The translations under genes were made by a program, and so were the position numbers. Below, piece after piece: positions 9,586-19,527 of a stretch of 64,000 nt of DNA. A model generated the notes under the pieces. It saw only the letters and a list, made by a program, of their open reading frames with translations, was not told the DNA's origin and did not search any database. This DNA is from an uncultured Alphaproteobacteria bacterium (GTDB lineage Bacteria; Pseudomonadota; Alphaproteobacteria; Acetobacterales; Acetobacteraceae): contig CAVUBS010000018.1 of the NCBI GenBank assembly GCA_963739725.1, positions 366-64,365 on the forward strand, in the 5' to 3' direction. The number at the start of each line of letters is the position of its first letter. The stretch's first letter is position 1.

Positions 9586-10730
9586 AGATAGTCGAGCGCC
9601 CCCTGAATGCCGCCCGGCTTGTGCGGCACGCCCGCCACGCGCAGCCCCATCTCCACGCCGCCCAGCGTTCCGATCAGTTGCAGGTCGCCGAAGTCGCCGA
9701 GATGGCCGATGCGGAATACCCGGTCCTTCAGGATGCCGAGCCCGTTGCCCAGGCTCATGTTGTATTTGTCCAGGATGGTGGCGCGCAGCGCATCGGCGCT
9801 GTGGCCCTCGGGGACGCGCACCGCGGTCAGCGACGAGGAGTAGTGGCGTGGATCGGCGCACTGCACCTCCAGGCCCCACGAACGCACCGCGCGTCGCGTC
9901 GCCTCGGCGTGGCGGTCGTGACGCGCGAAGACGTTCGGCAGGCCTTCCTCGAGCAGCATCTTCACCGCTTCGTTGAGCCCGAACAGCAGATTGGTGCCGG
10001 GCGTGTAGGGGAAATAGCCGGTCTTGTTGGCCTCCAGCATCGGTCCCCAGTCCCAGTAGCTGCGCGGCAGGCGCGCGCTCTTGGCGGCGGTCAGGGCACG
10101 CTCGCTGATCGCGTTGAACGACAGGCCGGGCGGCAGCATCAGGCCCTTCTGCGAGCCGGCGATCGTGACATCGACGCCCCATTCGTCGTGCCGGTAGTCG
10201 ATCGAGGCGAGCGACGAGATCGTGTCGACCATCAGCAGCGCCGGATGTCCTGCGGCGTCCATCGCGCGCCGCACCTCGTCGATGCGGCTGGTGCAGCCGG
10301 TGGAGGTCTCGTTGTGCACCACGCAGACCGCCTTGATCCGGTGCGCCCGATCATCGGCCAGCGCGGCGCCGATCGCCTCGACATCGGCGCCGCGACGCCA
10401 GTCGGTGTCGATGAACACCGGCGCCAGGCCAAGCCGCTGCGCCATCTCGTTCCACAGCGTGGCGAACCAGCCGGTGCGGCACATCAGGACCGTGTCGCCG
10501 GGCGACAGCGTGTTGGTGAGGGCGGCTTCCCAGGCGCCGGTGCCGGAGGCCGGGTAGATCACCACCGGGCCGCTGGTCTGGAAGATCGCGCGCAGGTTGG
10601 TGAGGATCTCCAGTCCCAGGTGTCCGAAGGCCGGGCCGCGATGATCGATGGTGGGACTGTCGATGGCGCGCAGCACTCGGTCCGGGACGTTGGTGGGACC
10701 TGGGAATCTGGAGGAAGTGCCGGCCGGCAT
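9570..10730 (-). CDS. Class V aminotransferase (serine-glyoxylate / alanine-glyoxylate aminotransferase-like)
   Basis: 386-aa ORF: PGPTNVPDRVLRAI..., VVHNETSTG, GSQKGLMLPPGLSF (PLP lysine region). The native start is probably the ATG at 10743 (AGGAGG 5 nt upstream). That frame reads MTQHHAGRHFLQIP, so a 1-nt frame break appears to lie near 10699-10703. Confidence 0.88.
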   Translation of the reverse strand: MPAGTSSRFPGPTNVPDRVLRAIDSPTIDHRGPAFGHLGLEILTNLRAIFQTSGPVVIYPASGTGAWEAALTNTLSPGDTVLMCRTGWFATLWNEMAQRLGLAPVFIDTDWRRGADVEAIGAALADDRAHRIKAVCVVHNETSTGCTSRIDEVRRAMDAAGHPALLMVDTISSLASIDYRHDEWGVDVTIAGSQKGLMLPPGLSFNAISERALTAAKSARLPRSYWDWGPMLEANKTGYFPYTPGTNLLFGLNEAVKMLLEEGLPNVFARHDRHAEATRRAVRSWGLEVQCADPRHYSSSLTAVRVPEGHSADALRATILDKYNMSLGNGLGILKDRVFRIGHLGDFGDLQLIGTLGGVEMGLRVAGVPHKPGGIQGALDYLAGNA

Positions 10731-10934
10731 GGTGTTGCGTCATGGAGCCTCCTACCGCGGGGCGGCAGATTGGCGCTTAACGGCGGGCTTGCCAATGAAT
10801 GGCGCGGCGGAGGGTCGTGGCGGGCGAACGTAGAACGGGTCGGGGTGGCGACCTCATGCCGCCACCCCGTTCCCTCTTGGACGCGGACACCGGATCAGGC
10901 ACCGCGACATCCCCATTTTTTGGTATTCTGTCGT

Positions 10935-10966
10935 CCCGCCGCCGATCTATCGGGATCGGCGGCGGG
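10935..10966 (-). terminator. Perfect 13-bp stem-loop 12 nt downstream of the RTX-like gene stop
   Basis: cccgccgccgatc-tatcgg-gatcggcggcggg. No U-tract follows on the minus strand, so intrinsic-terminator function is only inferred from position. Confidence 0.45.
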
Positions 10967-10977
10967 TCAGCCTGACC

Positions 10978-13900
10978 TCACGGAGCCAACACGAAGTTGG
11001 CGGAATTGACGGTCGCCGCGGCGACTGCGCTCAGTTGGATCGAGTTGGCACCGATCGTTATCAACGTATCTGCGCCGGTTGCGCCGGACGCCGCGATCGT
11101 GACCGAGCTGGCGAACGTCGCAGCGGTGATGCCAAGGCCGCTGATATCGAGCAGATCCACGCCGGCGACCGGGTTCGAGGTGAAGCCGGTAACGACATCG
11201 TGGCCAAATCCAGCCAGGAACCGGAACACGTCGTTCCCCGCACCCCCTGTCATGGTGTCGTTGCCGATGCCGCCATCCAGCACATCGTTGCCGGCACCCC
11301 CGCTCAGCGTGTCGTTGCCGGCGCCGCCGATCAAGGTATCATTGCCAACGTTACCAAACAGCGAATTGGCAAATCCGTTGCCGGTCAGCGTCAGGCCGGC
11401 CACGTTGTTCGCCCGCAGGAACTCGATCTCCGTCGTTGCCGAGAGGGCGTAGTCGACGCTGGCAAAGACCGTGTCCGTCCCGCCGCCCACGGTCTCCGTC
11501 ACCACGTCGAGCGCGTTGTCCACGAAGTAGCTGTCGTTGCCGGCGCCGCCCGTCATGGAATCGACGCCGGCGCCGCCGTTCAGCGTATCGTTGCCGACGC
11601 CGCCGATCAGCGTGTCGTTGCCGATGCCGCCGACGATCAGGTGGGAGAACTCGTTGCCGGTCAGCGTGAGACCGGTTGTCGCGTTCGCCCTGAGTGCCTC
11701 GACCTCGATACCCTTCGCGATGGCGTAGCTGACGCTGGCAAAGACCGTGTCGGTTCCCTCGCCCAGGTTCTCCGTCACGACGTCGCGGACATTGTCCACG
11801 AAGTACACGTCGTTGCCGGTGCCGCCCACCATGGTATCGACACCGGCACCGCCATTCAGCGTGTCGTTGCCGGCGCCGCCGTTCAGCGTGTCGAGGCCCG
11901 CGCCGCCGTTCAGCGTGTCGTTGCCGACCCCGCCGTTCAGCGTATCGTTGCCCGCGCCGCCGACGATCAGGTGGGAGAACTCGTTGCCGGTCAGCGTCAG
12001 ACCGAGCGTCGTGTTCACCCGCAATACGTCGACCTCGGTCCCCGCCGCGAGGGTGTAGTCGACGCTGGTGAAGATCGTGTCGGTCCCCTCGCCCACGTTC
12101 TCCGTCACCACGTCGAGGGCGTTGTCCACGAAGTAGCTGTCGTTGCCGGCCCCGCCCGCCATGGTGTCGGCGCCGGCCCCGCCGTTCAGCGTGTCGTTGC
12201 CGACCCCGCCGTTCAGAGTGTCGTTGCCGGCACCGCCGTTCAGCGTGTCGTTGCCGATCCCGCCGTTCAGCGTGTCGTTGCCGGCGCCGCCGACGATCAG
12301 GTGGGAGAACTCATTGCCGGTCAGCGTCAGACCGGTTGCGCTGTTCACCCTCAGTGCCTCGACCTCGGTGCCCGCCGCGAGGGTGTAGTTGACACTGGCA
12401 AGGACCGTGTCGGTCCCCTCGCCCACGTTCTCCGTCACCACGTCGAGGGCATTGTCCACGAAGTAGGTATCGCTCCCCGCGCCACCCGCCATGGTGTCGG
12501 CGCCGATGCCGCCGTTCAGCGTGTCGTTGCCGACCCCGCCGTTCAGCGTGTCATTGCCGGCACCGCCGGCGATCAGGTGGGAGAATTCGTTGCCGGTCAG
12601 CGTCAGACCGAGCGTCGAGTTCACCTTGAGTGCCTCGACCTCGGTGCCCGCCGCGAGGGTGTAGTTGACGCTGGCAAAGACCGTGTCGGTTCCCCCGCCA
12701 AGGTTCTCCGTCACCACGTCGAGGGCATTGTCCACCAGGTAGCTGTCATCGCCTGCACCACCGGCCATGGTGTCGGCCCCGGCGCCGCCGTTCAGCCTGT
12801 CGTTGCCGACCCCGCCGATCAGTGTGTCGTTGCCGGCGCCGCCGGCGATGACATGGGAGAACGCATTGCCGGTCAGCGTCAGACCGGCCGCACTGCTCGC
12901 CTGCAGGTTCTCCACCTCGGTACCCGCCGCAAGCGCGTAGCTGACGCTGGCAAGGACCGTATCGGTTCCCTCGCCCAGGTTTTCCGTCACCACGTCGAGG
13001 GCATTGTCCACGAAGTAGGTGTCGTTGCCGACGCCGCCGATCATGGTGTCGATGCCGGTGCCGCCGTTCAGGACATCGTTGCCGGCAAGGCCGAACAGCG
13101 TGTCGTTGCCGGCGCCGCCGTTCAGCGTGTCGTTGCCGGCGCCGCCGATCAGTGTGTCATTGCCGACGCCGCCGGCAACCGCGAGCGGGGCCGCGATGCC
13201 CAGCATTGCGATATCCGTTCCGGTGCCGCTGGCATCCGCCGTCACGCTGAAGACTGCGGCGTTGCTGATCCCGGTGAGGTGCAGCACCTCGCTGGCTGCG
13301 CCGCTCGTGACCGTCAGCACACCTGCCGCGATCGATGCCGTGGCGCCAGCGCTAAAGGCCAGCGAACCAAGGTCGATTATGTCGCCTGTGCCGAAACCGG
13401 AGATGGCAGCCCCGACCGCGCCGGTCTGACGCGCCACCAGAACACCGGTGCCGCCGAGGAACGAAATCGTCTCGCCAGCCGATGTTGCATTCACATCGAG
13501 CGTCGCGCCGATGCCAATATCAAGCAGTCCGGTACCCGCGACGGAACCGGACAATGTCAACAATCCACCGCTCACGGCGATCGTGCCGTTGTCGATGATG
13601 GCTCCGCCCACGGTGCCGGTGCCCGACAGCGTCGCGCCGGCACTCAGTGTCAAGCTGCCCGCCGAGAGAGTGCCGCCGGCCAGGCTCACGCTGCTTCCTG
13701 TACCGACCGTCACGGAGCCGGCCGCGACGGTTCCACCGCTGCCGACGGTCAACGTGCCGGAACCGGCGCCGCCGACGGCCAGCCCGAGCGCGGTTGTCCA
13801 GATTCCGCCGGCGCTGACGTTCGCGCTGCCGATGCTGCCGGCATTCAATCCGATGGTGCTGGAGCCTGACGTTGTCACCGTGCTCCCGACGCCGCTGACG

Positions 13901-14586
13901 GTGAGCGCCCCCGTGCCGCTCTGGCCGATCGTCAGTCCAGTGTCCGTCAGGCTACCGCCGAGGGGCACGACGCCGGTGGCCGTGACCGAGATGTCGCCTT
14001 TGCTGCCGGCGTTGACACCCACGATGTCGGCGCCGGAGGACAGGGCCGCGCCCGCCGTGATGGTTACATGGCCGATACCGCCGGCCACGGTCGGCGTCGC
14101 GGCCGCCACACCGGCATTGAGGCCCGTGCCCAGGGTGTTCTGCCAGCTTGTGCCGACGCCGGTCACCAGCAGGGTGCCCGTGTCGCCGGCGACGCTGCCG
14201 AGCGACGTACCCTGGAAGGAGACCTTCGCCCCGGCTTGTGCAGTCATCGTCGCGCCCGGGAGGGCGGCGCCGATGTCGCTGCTGCCGCCGGCGAGCAATG
14301 TGCCGCCGCTGACGATGACTTTGCCGCTGTCCTGCAGCGCGACCGGTGCGGCTGGTCCACCAGCCAGGGTCAGCACCACGCCTGACAGGGTCCAGGGCGT
14401 GTTGCCGCTGAAATTCGCGCTCAGGGCCGTGGCCGCTCCATTCAATAAGCCGCTGGACGTCAGGTTGAAGAACAGCGTGTCGAGCGACGTGGGCAGGCCG
14501 ATGGGGCTCCAGTTCGCCGCTAGCCCAAGGTCGGTGGTGGCGCCGAAAGCGCCGCTGCCGAGGCCTCTCCAGACAAAAGTCGTCAT
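10978..14586 (-). CDS. Large secreted RTX-type calcium-binding repeat protein (probable T1SS substrate or adhesin)
   Basis: 1202 aa with no Sec signal. The N-terminal ~460 aa are Gly/Thr/Ser-rich beta-strand repeats. Six ~90-110-aa modules follow (YFVDNALDVVTENxGEGTDTVxASVxYxLAAGTEVExL...LTLTGNEFSHLIxGGAGNDTLNGGxGNDTLNGG). Nonapeptide GGxGxD repeats are present, and the tail is non-repetitive. Confidence 0.9.
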   Translation of the reverse strand: MTTFVWRGLGSGAFGATTDLGLAANWSPIGLPTSLDTLFFNLTSSGLLNGAATALSANFSGNTPWTLSGVVLTLAGGPAAPVALQDSGKVIVSGGTLLAGGSSDIGAALPGATMTAQAGAKVSFQGTSLGSVAGDTGTLLVTGVGTSWQNTLGTGLNAGVAAATPTVAGGIGHVTITAGAALSSGADIVGVNAGSKGDISVTATGVVPLGGSLTDTGLTIGQSGTGALTVSGVGSTVTTSGSSTIGLNAGSIGSANVSAGGIWTTALGLAVGGAGSGTLTVGSGGTVAAGSVTVGTGSSVSLAGGTLSAGSLTLSAGATLSGTGTVGGAIIDNGTIAVSGGLLTLSGSVAGTGLLDIGIGATLDVNATSAGETISFLGGTGVLVARQTGAVGAAISGFGTGDIIDLGSLAFSAGATASIAAGVLTVTSGAASEVLHLTGISNAAVFSVTADASGTGTDIAMLGIAAPLAVAGGVGNDTLIGGAGNDTLNGGAGNDTLFGLAGNDVLNGGTGIDTMIGGVGNDTYFVDNALDVVTENLGEGTDTVLASVSYALAAGTEVENLQASSAAGLTLTGNAFSHVIAGGAGNDTLIGGVGNDRLNGGAGADTMAGGAGDDSYLVDNALDVVTENLGGGTDTVFASVNYTLAAGTEVEALKVNSTLGLTLTGNEFSHLIAGGAGNDTLNGGVGNDTLNGGIGADTMAGGAGSDTYFVDNALDVVTENVGEGTDTVLASVNYTLAAGTEVEALRVNSATGLTLTGNEFSHLIVGGAGNDTLNGGIGNDTLNGGAGNDTLNGGVGNDTLNGGAGADTMAGGAGNDSYFVDNALDVVTENVGEGTDTIFTSVDYTLAAGTEVDVLRVNTTLGLTLTGNEFSHLIVGGAGNDTLNGGVGNDTLNGGAGLDTLNGGAGNDTLNGGAGVDTMVGGTGNDVYFVDNVRDVVTENLGEGTDTVFASVSYAIAKGIEVEALRANATTGLTLTGNEFSHLIVGGIGNDTLIGGVGNDTLNGGAGVDSMTGGAGNDSYFVDNALDVVTETVGGGTDTVFASVDYALSATTEIEFLRANNVAGLTLTGNGFANSLFGNVGNDTLIGGAGNDTLSGGAGNDVLDGGIGNDTMTGGAGNDVFRFLAGFGHDVVTGFTSNPVAGVDLLDISGLGITAATFASSVTIAASGATGADTLITIGANSIQLSAVAAATVNSANFVLAP
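11230..13190 (-). repeat. Intragenic tandem modules (6 copies, about 270-330 bp each) encoding the Ca-binding repeat blocks
   Basis: Near-identical DNA blocks recur, for example gtccacgaagtagctgtcgttgccggc... and ctcgcccacgttctccgtcaccacgtcgagggc... Boundaries are approximate. Confidence 0.75.
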
Positions 14587-15122
14587 GTCAGGTTTCCTTG
14601 CTTGCTCGATTGGTTGTGGATTTGCCGTATCTGGTCTTGGGAAGGCAGAATCATTCCGCCTTCATCATCGTGGCCTCGTGCAGCGAGCCGGACAGAACGC
14701 ACGCGGCCCGCGGCCGATCGGTGCGCTCTAATCCCATGATTCCTATGGATTTTAGCTGATTGAGATCCATGGTTCCCCTCGCCGCCCGGTCTATCCCGGC
14801 TCCGCCCTGAGCCTTTACGCGCCCCGGCAGTCTCGCCGTTCGCAGTTTTGCTATCGTTCCGAGACAGACACATTCCCAGCGAGAAAAGTCCCGCCGATGA
14901 CCGATTCCTTGGCAAAAGATAACGATCGCCACGACATTAAGTCTGTGCAATGATTGGAATATTCCGGATGGTCCGGATCGGCCGCAGGCCCGCGTGACCG
15001 GCAGGGGGACCCGATGGCCCCGGGCGTGACCCGGTCCTCTCGCCATGATACGTACGCACGGCCAGGGACACTGCGGGAGTCCGGATGAGCACGGCGAACA
15101 CACAACGGCCGGCGGTCGAGCG

Positions 15123-18028
15123 ATGAGCAGCGCCGCGATCGTGCCGGGCGATGCCCGCCTGGCGGAGCGGCTGCGGCGCGAAATCCGCGGCGCGGTGCTG
15201 TTCGACCGCGCCGACCGCGGCCGCTACGCCACCGACGCATCGATCTATCAGGTCCAGCCGATCGGCGTGATCGTGCCGGAGGAGATCGGCGACGTCGCCG
15301 CTGCGCTGTCGATCGCCCGCGAGGAAGGCGTCCCCGTGCTGGCGCGCGGCGGCGGCACGAGCCAGTGCGGCCAGACGGTGAACCGCGCGCTGGTGATCGA
15401 CTGCTCAAAGCACCTGCGCCGCATCCTGCATGTCGATCCCGATGCGCGCACCGCATTGGTCGAACCCGGCCTCGTGCTGGGCCAGCTGAACGCCGCGCTG
15501 CGGCAGCACGGGTTGTTCTTTCCGGTCGATCCCTCGACGCACGCGCGCTGCACCATCGGCGGCATGGCGGGCAACAACTCCTGCGGCTCGAAGTCCATCC
15601 GCTACGGGCTGATGGCCGACAATGTGCGCGCGATCGACGCCATCCTGGCCGACGGCACGCAGCACAAGTTCGGCCTGCTGCCGGACAATATCGGCGCCGA
15701 CGTTCCGCCCGGCATCGCCGAACTGATCCAGCGGCTGCGCGCGCTCGGCGCGGCGGAGGCGGAGGAGATCGCCGCCCGCTTTCCCTCGCAGCTTCGCCGC
15801 GTCGGCGGCTACAACATCGAGGTGCTGACGCCGGTCGCGCGCCTCGCCGGGCAGGAGAACCTGGCGCGGCTGCTGGTCGGATCGGAAGGCACGCTCGCAT
15901 TCTCCGCCGCGATCGAGCTGGCGCTGCACCCGATCAAGCCGCGCAAGATGCTCGGCATCTGCCAGTTCCCGACGTTCCGCCACGCGATGGAGGCCGCGCA
16001 GCATATCGTGGCGCTCGATCCCGAGGCGGTCGAACTGGTGGATCGCACGATGATCGATCTCGGCCGCGGCATTCCGATCTTCCGCGCCACGATCGACCGG
16101 ATGCTGATCGGCGAGCCCGACAGTCTGCTGATCGTCGAGTTCCATGGCCACGAGGACGCGCCGCTCGCCGCGAAGCTGGATCGAGCTCGAGGAACTGATG
16201 GGCGATCTCGGCCATCCCGACGCCGTCGTGCGCGCGACCGATGCGACGTTCCAGGCCGATATCGCCGCGGTGCGCGAGGCCGGGCTCAACATCATGATGT
16301 CGATGAAGGGCGACGGAAAGCCGGTGTCGTTCATCGAGGACTGCGCCGTCGATCTGGAGGATCTCGCCGACTACACCGAGCGTCTGAACGCGGTGTTCGA
16401 GCGCCACGGCACCAAAGGCACCTGGTACGCGCACGCCTCGGTCGGCTGCCTGCATGTGCGTCCCGTGCTGAACATGAAGGACCCGAAGGACGTCGCCACC
16501 ATGCGCGCCGTCGCCGAGGAATGCTTTGCCCTGGTGCGCGAGTACAAGGGCTCGCACAGCGGCGAGCACGGCGACGGCCTGGTGCGCAGCGAGTTCCACG
16601 AGACCATGTTCGGCGCGCGCATCGTCCGCGCGTTCGAGACGGTGAAGGACGCGTTCGATCCGAACAACATGCTGAACCCCGGCCGCATCGTGCGCGCCGC
16701 CGCGCATGGACGACCGCACGTTGTTCCGCTACGGCTGGGGCTACGCGCCGATCCCCCACTTCGCGCCGAAGCTCGACTGGTCGGAGCATCCCGGCCCGTT
16801 GGGCGGCATGCTCGGCGCGGTCGAGATGTGCAACAACAACGGCGCCTGCCGCGCGTTCGACGCCGGCGTGATGTGCCCGTCCTATCGCGTCACGCGCGAC
16901 GAGGCGCATCTGACGCGCGGACGCGCCAACACGTTGCGGCTGGCGCTCACCGGACAGCTCGGCGTCGGTGCGATGGCGTCGGATGCGGTCGCCGATGCGA
17001 TGGCGCTGTGCGTCTCCTGCAAGGCGTGCAGGCGCGAATGTCCGACCGGCGTCGACATGGCGAAGATGAAGATCGAGGTGCTGGCGGCGCGCCTCGACCG
17101 CAATGGCACGAGCCGGCGCGACCGGCTGGTGGCCGAACTGCCGCACTACGCGCCGTGGCTGTCCCGGTTTGCGCCGCTTGCCAATCTGCGCAACAGGGTG
17201 CCGGTGCTGCGCCGTCTGGGCGAACGCATGGCCGGATTGTCTGCCGCGCGTGCCCTGCCCGCCTGGCGGCGCGATGCGTTCCGTGACGGCGAGGCTGCCG
17301 CGTTCGCGCCGTCGCACCAACGCGGCGAGGTGCTGCTGCTCGCCGATACGTTCAACCGCTGGTTCGAGCCGGAGAACCTGCGCGCCGCCCTGCGCGTGCT
17401 GACCGCTGCCGGCTATCGTGTCCGCATGCCGGAAAGTCGGGGGCGTCCGGTCTGCTGTGGTCGCACCTTCCTCGCCGCCGGCATGGTGGACCGGGCGCGC
17501 GAGGAGGCAAGGCGCACACGCGACAGTCTCGGCGGCGAGCTTCCGGTGATCGGCCTGGAGCCGTCCTGCCTGCTGACCTTGCGCGACGAATACCGCTCGC
17601 TGCTGCCCGGTGCGGCGACCGATGCACTGGCCGACCGCGCCTTTCTGCTCAGCGAATTCCTGGCGCGCGAGAAGCCCGACCTGCACCTCAAGGAAATACC
17701 CGCGACGACGTTCGTGCATGGCCACTGCCATCAGAAATCGTTCGGCGCATTCCCGGCAGCGCTCGAGACGCTGCGGCGTATTCCGGAACTCGCGGTGCAG
17801 CCGATCGCGTCGTCGTGCTGCGGGATGGCGGGCGCGTTCGGCTATCAGGCCGAGACGCAGGCGGTCTCGCGCGCAATGGCCGAGGCCGGGCTGCTGCCGG
17901 CTGTGCGCAAGGCCGCGGACGGCGATATCATTGTCGCCGATGGGACATCCTGCCGCCACCAGATCCGTGACCTGGGTGGACGCGAGGCTATCCATTCCGT
18001 GCGTCTGCTGGAGCGCGCGCTGGCATGA
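15123..18028 (+). pseudogene. FAD-binding (GlcD-like) and Fe-S/CCG-domain oxidoreductase, about 967 aa, frame broken twice
   Basis: MSSAAIVPGD...VLARGGGTSQCGQ (FAD PCMH domain) is in frame 0. ...ELEELMGDLGHPD...HASVGCLHVRPVLN...GEHGDGLVRSEF is in frame 1. MDDRTLFRYGWGY...CNNNGACR...CVSCKACRRECPTGVDM...CCGMAGAFGY is in frame 2. The breaks lie near 16180-16186 and 16693-16705. Confidence 0.88.
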
Positions 18029-18610
18029 CGACAGTTGAGGACGTGCTGCACTTCTGGTTCGCCGGCGATCCGTCGGTGCGTCGCAAGATCTGGTTCCAGA
18101 AGAACATTGCATTTGATTCCGGGTGCAATCGCTTCGTCAGCACACTGCACGCCGCGAAGCTGGGCAGGCTGGACGGCTGGACAACGACGCCGCGCGGCAC
18201 GCTCGCTCTTGCTGATCGTGCTCGATCAGATGTCCCGCAATCTGCATCGCGGCACGGCGGAGACCTATGCCGCCGACACCAAGGCGCGCACGGTTGCGCG
18301 GGCCGCGATCGCCCACGGCTTCGATCAGCATGTCGGACCGGTGGAGCGCATGTTCTTCTACCTGCCGCTGGTGCATTCCGAGGATCTCGCCGACCAGGAC
18401 GACGCGGCGCGTTTGATGGAGCCGCTGCGCAACGCGTTGGGCGAGCGACGGTTGGGGCCGGCACCCAGCCATCGCGATGTGATCCGTCAGTTCGGCCGCT
18501 TCCCGCACCGGAATGCCATCCTGGGCCGTAACTGCACGCCGGACGAAGACGCATATCTCGCCGAGCCCGGCGCAGGCTTCGGTCCCCGCGACAAAGGAGG
18601 GCACGCCATG
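18025..18610 (+). pseudogene. DUF924 family protein, frame broken once; no in-frame stop before the next gene
   Basis: VLHFWF...KIWFQKN (frame 1) is followed by LLLIVLDQMSRNLHRGTAETYAAD...FYLPLVHSEDL...GRFPHRNAILGRNCTPDEDAYL (frame 2). The break is near 18198-18208. The ATG at 18025 overlaps the upstream stop (ATGA). The end coordinate is approximate. Confidence 0.75.
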
Positions 18611-19502
18611 AACGAACTGGCCGACCAGGACCACGAGATCGGCTCGGGCGAGTATCGCTATCGGTTCCGCCGCAACTGGGCGAAGCCGCCGCGCTGGTGG
18701 AACTTTGGCGAGGTGGTGCAATCCGGCCCGCCGCAGACCTGCGTGAAGGGCGCCACTGCCGCCAACGGCGATGTCTATGTGCTGTCCCGCGCGGCGCATC
18801 CGGTGATGGTGTTCGACGCAGACGGGACGCTTCATCAGTTCCTGGGGCGAAGGCGCGTTTTCGAGCTTCGTGCATGGCCTGACCATCGACCCGGCGGGAC
18901 ATGTCTGGATCACCGATACCGGCCTGCACACCGTCACGCAGCACGCACCGCATGGCGCAAAACTGCGCACGCTCGGCAATGCCGGTGCCGCGAGCCCCAC
19001 GCTCTACGGCAAGCCGTTCAACATGCCGACCGGCGTGGCGATCGCATCGACCGGCGAGTTGTTCGTTTCGGACGGCTACGGCAACCGTCGGGTCCATTGT
19101 TTCTCGCCCGACGGCGAGCTGAAGCATTCCTGGGGCGAGCCTGGCAACGGACCCGGCCAGTTCGCTCTGGTGCACTTCATCACCGCCGACGCCGAGGATC
19201 GCCTGTACGTGTGCGATCGTGAAAATCACCGGATCCAGATTTTCGCGACCACCGGTGAGCTGCTGGCGGTCTGGACCGGCTTCATGATGCCGAGCGATCT
19301 CGCGTTTGGACGCGAGGCAATCTACGTCGCCGGTGCGGATGGTGTCTCGATCTGGACCAAGGACCGTCGCAAGCTCGCACACTTCGGCCCGGACGAGCCA
19401 TTCGACGGCGCCTTCAACGTGCACGGGATCTGGCTGGACGCCGATGAAAACATCTATCTGGCGCAATTCGACCGTGCGGTGAGCAAGCTGAGCCGGCAGT
19501 GA
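18608..19502 (+). pseudogene. NHL-repeat beta-propeller protein, frame broken once
   Basis: ATG at 18608 behind AAGGAGG. MNELADQDHEIGSGEYRYRF...VYVLSRAAHPVMVFDADGTLHQ (frame 2) is followed by WGEGAFSSFVHGLTIDPAGHVWITD...LFVSDGYGNRRVHCFSPDGE...LYVCDRENHRIQIF (frame 0). The break is near 18838-18845. Confidence 0.8.
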
Positions 19503-19527
19503 CTGCCGTGCGACGCGAGACCGTGCG

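Noticed and set aside
11035-13869. Very long ORFs on the opposite strand or in alternate frames of clearly assigned genes. Examples: 11035..13869 (+, 944 aa), 13448..14731 (+), 430..1743 (-), 16331..18112 (-), 28113..30122 (-), 38990..40768 (-), 45637..47769 (-), 47723..50329 (-), 51211..53604 (-), 59365..60873 (-).
   Set aside because: All are Arg/Ala/Gly/Pro/His-rich low-complexity translations with no recognisable motifs. They overlap genes with strong family signatures. Long stop-free antisense frames are expected at about 70% G+C.
10978-14586. Autotransporter (T5SS) interpretation of the giant repeat protein, because of its N-terminal beta-strand repeats.
   Set aside because: There is no N-terminal signal peptide and no C-terminal beta-barrel translocator domain. 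The C-terminal half is classic GGxGxD RTX repeats followed by a short non-repetitive tail, which fits a T1SS substrate better.
14651-15103. 150-aa and 110-aa minus-strand ORFs (14651..15103, 14583..14915) in the gap upstream of the RTX-like gene.
   Set aside because: No motifs, Arg/Gly/Pro-rich composition, mutually overlapping frames and no convincing SD for the long forms. Only the terminal 39 codons have a plausible SD, and that is reported as a low-confidence observation instead.
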